From positions 761-64,760 of the forward strand of contig JAQUCU010000001.1 in NCBI GenBank assembly GCA_028686055.1: 64,000 nucleotides of DNA, given 5' to 3'. The notes under the pieces were generated by a model. The model had not been told where the DNA came from. It was given only the letters and a program-made list of their open reading frames with translations, and did no database searches. Origin of the DNA: Desulfuromonadaceae bacterium (GTDB lineage Bacteria; Desulfobacterota; Desulfuromonadia; Geobacterales; Pseudopelobacteraceae). Below are positions 53,413 through 64,000 of the stretch, piece after piece (within the stretch, counting starts at the first letter, position 1; each line of letters begins with the position of its first letter). The position numbers and the translations under genes are program-made.

Positions 53413-54780
53413 TTATTTCCCGATACAAAACGAAGAAAAGATAAGATCGAGGACCTCGTCGGTTGCAGCCTGACCCGTAACAGTCCCAACGGCCTGAAGC
53501 GCGCCCCGCAGGTCCAGAGCGAGCAGTTCCAGATTGCGATCCCTGAGTCCGCCAGTGAATTGCTTAAGATGGAACTCTGCAGACACAAGAGCATCCCGGT
53601 GCCTGGCACGTGAGAGTGCTACAAGTTCTCGAGAATCAGGCGCTGCGGAGTGAAGGAACTGCCTGCATACAGCATGTTTGAGAAGCTCTACGCCGTCACC
53701 GGAAAGTGCAACAATATTGACCTGGTCAATAAAATATTCTCCATCGGGCATGACGAAGCACTGGTTAAGATCTGTCTTGTTCAGCACAGCTATCGTTTTG
53801 CAACCAGCCACTGCATCCAATATTAACTGGTCTTCCAGGCTGAACTCCCTGGAAGCATCAAAAACGGCGAGAATAAGATCAGCCTGCGGGATCTTGTCAA
53901 GAGCCCTACTGATACCCTCCTGCTCTACCAGATCCTCAGTGTGACGAATACCGGCCGTGTCGAGCAGACGAACAGACAGCCCTTCAAAGTTTACGGTCTC
54001 CTCTATAATGTCGCGGGTTGTGCCGGGAATATGGGTTACAATCGCACGGTTCTCATCCAGTAACCGATTAAGAAGACTGGACTTTCCGGCGTTCGGCTTC
54101 CCGACAATAAGAACAGATATCCCCTCCCGCATGATCCGTCCCTCTTCAAAGGTGAGCAGAAGAGCGGCAATCATACTTTGCGCCGCTCCGACTGAGGCGA
54201 GAATAGCCGCTAGATCCGTCTCCCCGAGATCGTCATCAGGAAAATCGATGTACGCCTCCACCAGAGCGAGCGCCTGCAGCAGGGAGGCGCGAATATCGTC
54301 GATACGCCGGGAAAGAATTCCTTCACGCTGTTTTTGGGCAAGCTGCAGTGCCGCTTCGCTCTTTGAAGCGATAATATCCATAACCGCTTCGGCCTGGACG
54401 AGATCAATACGGCCGTTAAGAAAAGCACGGCGTGTAAATTCACCAGGATCAGCCAGGCGGGTGCCGCACGCAAGAACAAGGGCCAAAACCCTTTCAACAA
54501 CAAGCCAACCGCCATGACAATGCAGCTCCAGAACATCTTCCCTGGTATATGAGCGTGGGGCGCGCATATAAACAGCCATCGCCTCATCAACCTTTTCGCC
54601 GGTCGCAGGGTCATGAATGGTACCAAAAGAAAAACGGTGGCTTACAAGGCCACCGTCATAAACAGGTTTGAAAACAGCATCTCCAACCTTGGCAGCCTGT
54701 TCGCCACTCACCCGGATTATACCGATACCGCCATTACCAGGCGGGGTACTGACAGCCGCTATCGTATCGCGGATATACAT
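53413..54780 (-). CDS. mnmE: tRNA modification GTPase MnmE (TrmE)
   Basis: [23 protein letters not shown]1 [12 protein letters not shown] and the C-terminal FCIGK. Confidence 0.95.
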   Translation of the reverse strand: MYIRDTIAAVSTPPGNGGIGIIRVSGEQAAKVGDAVFKPVYDGGLVSHRFSFGTIHDPATGEKVDEAMAVYMRAPRSYTREDVLELHCHGGWLVVERVLALVLACGTRLADPGEFTRRAFLNGRIDLVQAEAVMDIIASKSEAALQLAQKQREGILSRRIDDIRASLLQALALVEAYIDFPDDDLGETDLAAILASVGAAQSMIAALLLTFEEGRIMREGISVLIVGKPNAGKSSLLNRLLDENRAIVTHIPGTTRDIIEETVNFEGLSVRLLDTAGIRHTEDLVEQEGISRALDKIPQADLILAVFDASREFSLEDQLILDAVAGCKTIAVLNKTDLNQCFVMPDGEYFIDQVNIVALSGDGVELLKHAVCRQFLHSAAPDSRELVALSRARHRDALVSAEFHLKQFTGGLRDRNLELLALDLRGALQAVGTVTGQAATDEVLDLIFSSFCIGK

Positions 54781-54804
54781 AACTGTTGCTCCGGAGTCCG
54801 AGGA

Positions 54805-56412
54805 CTAGTCTTTTACGAGTTTGTTTATATACATCTGCTGGCCGATAGTTAAAACGTTGTTGACCAACCAGTACAGTACCAGTCCGGAAGGAAAACTGAG
54901 AAACATGAACGTAAATACAACCGGCAGGGCCAGCATCATCTTCTGTTGCATCGGGTCCATATTTGAGGGTGTCATTTTCTGCTGAACAAACATCGAGATT
55001 CCCATGATGACCGGTGTAACGTAATAGGGGTCTTTATCGGCGAGATCGGTAATCCAGAAAAAGAACGGAGCGTGACGCAACTCTATGGAAAACATGAGCG
55101 ATTTGTAGAGTGCAAAGAAAACCGGTATCTGCACGACCATCGGCAGGCAACCGCCCATCGGGTTAACCTTATGTTCCCGATACAGTTCCATGACCGCCTT
55201 ATTCATGCTGTCTTTGTCATCTTTATACTTTTCACGAAGTTTGGCCATCTCGGGCTGAATTTTCTGCATACCCTTCATTGACTTGTAGCTCTTATTGGTC
55301 AGCGGAAAGAACAGGGCCTTGAGAATTATCGTGATGATAATGATGGCAATACCGTAGTTACCGACATAACGGTAAAAAAACTTTAGAGTGTACATCAGCG
55401 GTTTGGCAATGACAGTAAACCAGCCGAGGTCAAGTGACTGCACCAGAGAGTTACCCTGTGCTTTAAGTATATCAATGTCCTTGGGGCCAATAAACAGGCG
55501 GTCGGAGACGGTAACAGACTGGCCAGGATTAACGGTAAACTGGGGGGACGAGACAATAGACTCGAAAAAACCGTCTCTGTTCTTTTTCAACTCAACAGAC
55601 GCGATACTGTTTTTTTCAGAAAGAATTGCACTGAGAAAATACTTGTCAGCAAAGCCGGACCACAAGATAGATTTGTCATAGCGTTTTGAAGCGCTGGAAA
55701 CGTCTTTGATTTTATTAGACTGAAGGCTGTTATCTGAAAAGAGGTACGATCCAGCAGTGTCAAAACGGTTATTCTTCACTTTTGGTACTGCCGGGTAGGT
55801 CATTATATGTTGAATAACACCAACTAAAGGGGCAGCAGAGTTGTTGAAAACCTGGGTATCCAGTTTGATCCCGTATTGGCCCGATAAGAAAGTATACACT
55901 TTCCGAACCGTATACCCCTGTCCGGAAATGTAATTGAACGTAAGCTGTCTGGACCCGCTTTTTTCTATTTTTAATCCATCAACATCGGCAATGAAAACTG
56001 TGTTATCGGGAAGATTGAAGCCGGTAGCTCTCGTTGAAAAAGAAAAAAGATTTGGGTCTGCGTCATTTTCAAGAGTGACTTTTTGTGCTGAAGGGGTATT
56101 TTCTTCCCGGTAGTTTTTAAGCGTCATGCTCTTAAGGCTCGCTCCTCGAGAAGAGAATACAGCCGTATAGAGGTCCGTTTCTACGCTTATATCCTTTTGA
56201 GGGGCATTTACGGATGGCGATTGACCCGGAACCGGCGTAGAATTTTGAGCTACGGATGGTTGTTGGGTATTAGGAACCGGATTATTCGCCACCGAAGATA
56301 TACTCTGGGGCAAGGATGGCTCTACTTTTTGCTTTTCCGGACCAAACAGCATAGAAAAGAGATAAAAAACAGCAATTGAAAGACCTACAGCTATAAAAGC
56401 GCGCTTTTCCAT
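54805..56412 (-). CDS. yidC: Membrane protein insertase YidC
   Basis: An N-terminal TM helix, a large periplasmic P1 domain, and the conserved C-terminal core ([35 protein letters not shown]). Confidence 0.95.
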   Translation of the reverse strand: MEKRAFIAVGLSIAVFYLFSMLFGPEKQKVEPSLPQSISSVANNPVPNTQQPSVAQNSTPVPGQSPSVNAPQKDISVETDLYTAVFSSRGASLKSMTLKNYREENTPSAQKVTLENDADPNLFSFSTRATGFNLPDNTVFIADVDGLKIEKSGSRQLTFNYISGQGYTVRKVYTFLSGQYGIKLDTQVFNNSAAPLVGVIQHIMTYPAVPKVKNNRFDTAGSYLFSDNSLQSNKIKDVSSASKRYDKSILWSGFADKYFLSAILSEKNSIASVELKKNRDGFFESIVSSPQFTVNPGQSVTVSDRLFIGPKDIDILKAQGNSLVQSLDLGWFTVIAKPLMYTLKFFYRYVGNYGIAIIIITIILKALFFPLTNKSYKSMKGMQKIQPEMAKLREKYKDDKDSMNKAVMELYREHKVNPMGGCLPMVVQIPVFFALYKSLMFSIELRHAPFFFWITDLADKDPYYVTPVIMGISMFVQQKMTPSNMDPMQQKMMLALPVVFTFMFLSFPSGLVLYWLVNNVLTIGQQMYINKLVKD

Positions 56413-56440
56413 CGATGCTCCTGAATAGTATTACTTTGTG

Positions 56441-56653
56441 TTAGGGTACCGGATCGTGGCCGCCCGGATGAAAAGGATGACACTTGCATATTCTTACAAA
56501 GGTAAGGAACATACCCCTGGCAACACCATGCCGAATTAAGGACTCACGGGAATATTCGGAACAGGAGGGATAAAAGCGACAGGTATGGGGAAGAAGAGGC
56601 GAAATCGTCTTCTGATAAAACCTGATTACAAGGAGCAAAGAGCTTCTTAACAT
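56441..56653 (-). CDS. yidD: Membrane protein insertion efficiency factor YidD
   Basis: 70 aa with the [10 protein letters not shown] and HPGGHDPVP signatures. Confidence 0.9.
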   Translation of the reverse strand: MLRSSLLLVIRFYQKTISPLLPHTCRFYPSCSEYSRESLIRHGVARGMFLTFVRICKCHPFHPGGHDPVP

Positions 56654-57006
56654 GAAGATGTGTCTATGAAGCGAAAAGCTTTATTCATTTCCCGCACAAT
56701 ATCGGAATATGTCATTTGTGCAGATTCTCGCCTTGGGATTATATTAATATCCACAGCTGCCACCTCAAGGCGGCTATGCCTGAAGAACTCCCGGAGATAA
56801 CGCTTAACCCTGTTTCGAACAACTGCACAACCAATTTTTTTGCTTGCTGTAATACCCAATCTAGCCATTTGAAGATCATTTTTACGCCACACTACAAGAA
56901 AACCACGCACAACCGTTTTATTACGTGCGGAAGCGAGCTGAAGGAATTCAGAACGCTTCCGCAAACGTGCATTTTTTGGAAATGTAGCCGCAGTGTCAAT
57001 AATCAC
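56647..57006 (-). CDS. rnpA: Ribonuclease P protein component
   Basis: A basic 119-aa protein with the [11 protein letters not shown] and [13 protein letters not shown] (RNR) motifs, immediately downstream of rpmH. Confidence 0.9.
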   Translation of the reverse strand: MIIDTAATFPKNARLRKRSEFLQLASARNKTVVRGFLVVWRKNDLQMARLGITASKKIGCAVVRNRVKRYLREFFRHSRLEVAAVDINIIPRRESAQMTYSDIVREMNKAFRFIDTSSC

Positions 57007-57019
57007 TCAATAAAATCAG

Positions 57020-57169
57020 TTATTTTGCTGCTATTTTTACAGACAGGCTTTTACGCCCTTTTGCCCTTCTGCGCTTGATAACCAGACGGCCGTTCTTTGT
57101 GGCCATTCTTACCAGAAAACCGTGGGTACGCTTGCGTGAAGTATTGCTTGGCTGATACGTTCTTTTCAT
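57020..57169 (-). CDS. rpmH: 50S ribosomal protein L34
   Basis: Hand translation of the minus strand gives [49 protein letters not shown] (49 aa). It falls below the ORF-track length cutoff. Confidence 0.95.
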   Translation of the reverse strand: MKRTYQPSNTSRKRTHGFLVRMATKNGRLVIKRRRAKGRKSLSVKIAAK

Positions 57170-57521
57170 CGTAATTTACCTCTACAAAATTATTTTTCAG
57201 GAAATGAGTTATTAAACACAACTCCTATTCTATGTCAAGATTTATATTATATACAGTCATTACACCATGCACATTGATTTGCCTTGAAAAAGAGTGCCGG
57301 CTCTGTTATTCTCAGCCCGGCTAAACACTCGTTTTTTATCCGAAATATACTTTAATATGTTGTTTTCATTAATAAAATAGTTTTCAACAGCTGTTGACAA
57401 TAGTGTTGAAAACTATTTTGATATCTGCACCCCAATATGAATAATATGCTTTGACTTTTGGCAGTTACATGCCACATTCAATGTTGATAACCAATACATA
57501 CAATGATTGTGATTCCTCCTG
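57170..57521. other. rpmH-dnaA intergenic region: AT-rich, DnaA-box-like cluster (candidate oriC part / dnaA autoregulatory region)
   Basis: Box-like 9-mers are TTATCCGAA (57346-54), TTTTCAACA (57381-89), TGTTGACAA (57392-400), TGTTGAAAA (57404-12) and TGTTGATAA (57482-90). A perfect 14-bp inverted repeat AATAGTTTTCAACA / TGTTGAAAACTATT spans 57376-57417. Confidence 0.6.
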
Positions 57522-58871
57522 ATGTTAGACGCATGGCAACAAGCAACTGAAAATATACAAAAAGTCTTATCAGAAGCCGATTTTGACGCCTGGGTAAAGC
57601 CGGTTAATTACAGCCATCATAACGGGTCCACCGTTTTTTTGACTGTTCCCAATTCGTTCATAAAAGAATGGCTGGAAGACCACTATCTGAAGGTTTTGAC
57701 CGGGGCACTTTGTGCCACATCCGGGTATGCCGTTACCCTCAGCTTTATCATCAGAGCTGATGAAGAATACCAACCGTACATATCAGAGGATTTTGTTGTA
57801 AAAAATGAATCTGAACCAGCCGCTGGCAAAAACACCCCCCTGGAACAGGTATTTACACCACTCAATCAAAAATACACTTTCGATCTTTTTGTAAGCGGCA
57901 CCGGTAACCAGTTTGCTCATGCTGCTGCAATGGCCGTAGCAAATAATCCGGCAGACACCTATAACCCGCTTTTTATCTATGGCGGGGTCGGATTGGGAAA
58001 AAGTCACCTGTTAAATTCAATAGGTCACACTATCCGTGAAAACTCACCGGATTTGAATGTCTGCTACTGTTCAGCTGAAAAATTCATGTATGAAATGGTC
58101 AACCATCTCCGTTTAAAAAAGATGGATGTGTTTAGAAACCGTTTCAGGACTGTTGATGTACTGTTAATTGACGACATCCAGTTCATATCCGGTAAGACTG
58201 GAACCCAGGAAGAGTTTTTTCATACATTCAATGCACTGCATGATGCTCATAAACAGATTGTCATAACTTCAGATAAATTTCCGCGCGAAATATCCGACCT
58301 GGAGGAACGACTGAGATCCAGATTTGAATGGGGCCTCATTGCGGATATTCAACCACCTGATGTTGAGACAAAAATAGCTATCCTGAAAAAGAAATCAGAG
58401 GTCACAAGGGTATTTTTTCCGGAGGACGTCTACTATTTTCTTGCCTCTAGTGACACCAGAAACATCCGGGAACTTGAAGGAATGCTCATAAGACTCGGGG
58501 CTTTCAGTAGTCTTCAGAATGTTCCGGTTACGCTGGATATGGCAAAGGAAAATCTTAAGGATATTCTTGGAGACCGACATAAAGAAATAACTGTTGAATT
58601 GATTCAGAAAACAGTTGCTGACTATTTTGATTTGAAGACAGTTGACCTAAAATCAGAAAAACGGTTAAAAAATATTGTGCAGGCACGGCAGATAGCCATA
58701 TGGTTTTGCAGGGAGATGACCAAATCATCCTATCCTGATATTGGATTAAAGTTTGGCGGCAAGGACCATTCCACCGTCATACACTCCTACAAGAAAATTG
58801 ACAAAGCACTGGTACTTGAGCCTAAACTATCCAGAATAATTGATGAAATAAGACGTACACTCCTCAAGTAG
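57522..58871 (+). CDS. dnaA: Chromosomal replication initiator protein DnaA
   Basis: Walker A GGVGLGKSHLL, the LLIDDIQF box, and the C-terminal DNA-binding domain (GKDHSTVIHSYKKI). Confidence 0.97.
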   Translation: MLDAWQQATENIQKVLSEADFDAWVKPVNYSHHNGSTVFLTVPNSFIKEWLEDHYLKVLTGALCATSGYAVTLSFIIRADEEYQPYISEDFVVKNESEPAAGKNTPLEQVFTPLNQKYTFDLFVSGTGNQFAHAAAMAVANNPADTYNPLFIYGGVGLGKSHLLNSIGHTIRENSPDLNVCYCSAEKFMYEMVNHLRLKKMDVFRNRFRTVDVLLIDDIQFISGKTGTQEEFFHTFNALHDAHKQIVITSDKFPREISDLEERLRSRFEWGLIADIQPPDVETKIAILKKKSEVTRVFFPEDVYYFLASSDTRNIRELEGMLIRLGAFSSLQNVPVTLDMAKENLKDILGDRHKEITVELIQKTVADYFDLKTVDLKSEKRLKNIVQARQIAIWFCREMTKSSYPDIGLKFGGKDHSTVIHSYKKIDKALVLEPKLSRIIDEIRRTLLK

Positions 58872-59090
58872 GTAAAACCTGTTGATCCATTGTGAACAAC
58901 TGTTGATATTTTTTTGTTGTGTTTAAAAGTACCGTACACATCGCTCAATATACACAGGCAGTAAACCGGATTTATCAGTTATATATTATATACGTTACAC
59001 GCTTATCCCCAGTTTCCACAGGACCAACAATATACTACAAGGTTTTTAAATATAATATAAACATACTAATGGTAAGGGAGGGGGGCATAT
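58872..59090. other. dnaA-dnaN intergenic region: second DnaA-box cluster plus AT-rich tracts (candidate oriC part with DUE)
   Basis: Tandem boxes TTATCCCCA (59003-11) and GTTTCCACA (59012-20). Further boxes are TGTTGATCC (58880-88), TGTGAACAA (58891-99) and TGTTGATAT (58901-09). AT-rich runs are ATATATTATATAC (58981-93) and TTTTTAAATATAATATAAACATACTAAT (59043-70). Confidence 0.6.
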
Positions 59091-60212
59091 ATGGAATTCA
59101 AAATCGAAAAAGATCAGTTTCTGAAATCACTGCAAAAAATTCAGGGTATTGTTGAAAAAAGAACTTCAATGCCTATTTTATCTAACGTTCTCCTGGAAGC
59201 TACCGAAAATTCCCTGCTTGTCACCGCTACTGACTTGGAAGTGGGAATGAAAAGCAGCTATTCTGCCGAAGTTGTCACCCCTGGTAAAATTACCGTTTCC
59301 GCAAAAAAACTATACGAAATTGTAAAGGAACTTCCGAATCAGCCGATCTCTTTTTTAACTAAAGACAATGATTGGGTTGAAATAAAGTGCGGGAAGGTTC
59401 AATTTAACATCGTGGGCCTCTCATCTGATGAGTTTCCCTATTTTCCTGATGTAAAAGAAGAAAATCTCTTTGAAATTGAATCATCGCTGCTGCGTGGGAT
59501 GATTGAAAAAACCTCATATGCTATCTGCACCGATGAAACAAAATATAACCTCAACGGAATTTTTATCAAGGAGGAAGAGCTCCCGGACGGCAGTAGCAGC
59601 CTTAAAATGGTTTCTACCGACGGTCATCGACTTTCAATAGCATCAGGTAATCTCAAAGGTAGTGCTGGCACTGAACTCCAGAAAGGTGTCATTCTGCCGA
59701 AAAAGGGTGTCTATGAGATGAAGAAGATAACCGATGAAGAGGGTGGAAACCTGCTGTTTGGTTTTATGGACAATAGCGCCGTTATCAAACGTGGCGATTC
59801 ATACATGGTCATGCGCCTTGTTGATGGGGAATTTCCCGATTACAACCGCGTCATTCCTACTGCCAACACACAGGTGGTGACGGTCAACAAGGAGGAATTC
59901 AGTCATTCGGTACGTCGTATGGCGATTCTTTCCAGCGAAAAATTCAAGGGTATCATGCTGGAAATTTCCTCTGGCGGTATAAAAATTTCCTCCAGTAATC
60001 CTGAGTTGGGTGATGCTATGGAAGAGCTGGACGTGGCGTATGACGGGGAACCTATTTCAGTCAGATTTAATGCGCGCTATCTTCTGGATGTCCTTTCCGT
60101 CGCAGAAACCGAACGGGTTGAGATGAAATTCAAGGATGAACTTTCCCCTTCGATCATTGTTCCGGAAAATTCTGACAGCTTCCTTGCCGTCATCATGCCG
60201 ATGAGGCTCTAA
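59091..60212 (+). CDS. dnaN: DNA polymerase III subunit beta (sliding clamp)
   Basis: 373 aa. The N-terminus MEFKIEKDQFLKSLQKIQGIVEKRTSMPILSNVLLEA and the C-terminus IMPMRL are typical. Confidence 0.97.
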   Translation: MEFKIEKDQFLKSLQKIQGIVEKRTSMPILSNVLLEATENSLLVTATDLEVGMKSSYSAEVVTPGKITVSAKKLYEIVKELPNQPISFLTKDNDWVEIKCGKVQFNIVGLSSDEFPYFPDVKEENLFEIESSLLRGMIEKTSYAICTDETKYNLNGIFIKEEELPDGSSSLKMVSTDGHRLSIASGNLKGSAGTELQKGVILPKKGVYEMKKITDEEGGNLLFGFMDNSAVIKRGDSYMVMRLVDGEFPDYNRVIPTANTQVVTVNKEEFSHSVRRMAILSSEKFKGIMLEISSGGIKISSSNPELGDAMEELDVAYDGEPISVRFNARYLLDVLSVAETERVEMKFKDELSPSIIVPENSDSFLAVIMPMRL

Positions 60213-60221
60213 AAGCGGCTG

Positions 60222-63729
<3,508 letters not shown>

Positions 63730-64000
63730 GGTGTAGTGTAGGGGTACCCAATTAATGCATTTTTGGCCCCATAAAGTGTTTTTGTCCTACATAAATTTGG
63801 AATCTTATTAGTAATATGAAGAGGGGTTAACTTATTGGTTGGCCCCTCTTTGACTATGAAACTGAAAACGCAGTGACGAAATGTTGCGGCGTTTTTTTGT
63901 TTTTAATCATCATTAGATGATAGGGCAAAACATTTATTGTTTTTCATGGAAACTCGTCGTTGATTCTGGTAATGGTAACAGTCTCTTTTTCAATAAATCA

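Overview
The window looks like core chromosome from a Geobacter-like member of the Desulfuromonadales; this is inferred from a PpcA-type triheme cytochrome c7, the gene content and roughly 55-65% GC. It spans the replication origin: rsmG-mnmG-mnmE-yidC-yidD-rnpA-rpmH on the minus strand, then dnaA-dnaN-recF-gyrB on the plus strand, with DnaA-box-like clusters on both sides of dnaA. Most genes are housekeeping: uvrB, gltX, thiSGE behind a TPP riboswitch, metX behind a SAM-I riboswitch, hisZ-purA, def-fmt, glnE, mtnA, gpmI, rlmH, rsfS and nadD. I saw no CRISPR array, tRNA or rRNA gene, transposase or integrase. No clear-cut new system stands out. The items most worth a second look are these. (1) A type II secretion (T2SS) module, gspH-I-J-K-L-M-N, has no ATPase, secretin, GspF or major pseudopilin nearby. 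It sits inside an 18-gene, almost gap-free minus-strand string of housekeeping genes. It is followed directly by an ATPase-less protein whose N-terminus carries two tandem MshEN-type (c-di-GMP-binding-like) 24-residue motifs. (2) A JAMM/MPN metalloprotease motif is fused to a DinG/XPD-type Fe-S helicase. (3) A YhcC-type radical SAM gene is translationally coupled to thiE in the TPP-riboswitch operon. (4) A 1173-aa GH13-like protein has atypical catalytic regions. (5) An exported TPR protein ends in a polylysine tail. (6) A pronounced low-GC trough covers yidC-oriC-dnaA-dnaN. All functional calls rest on motif recognition by eye; no searches were run.
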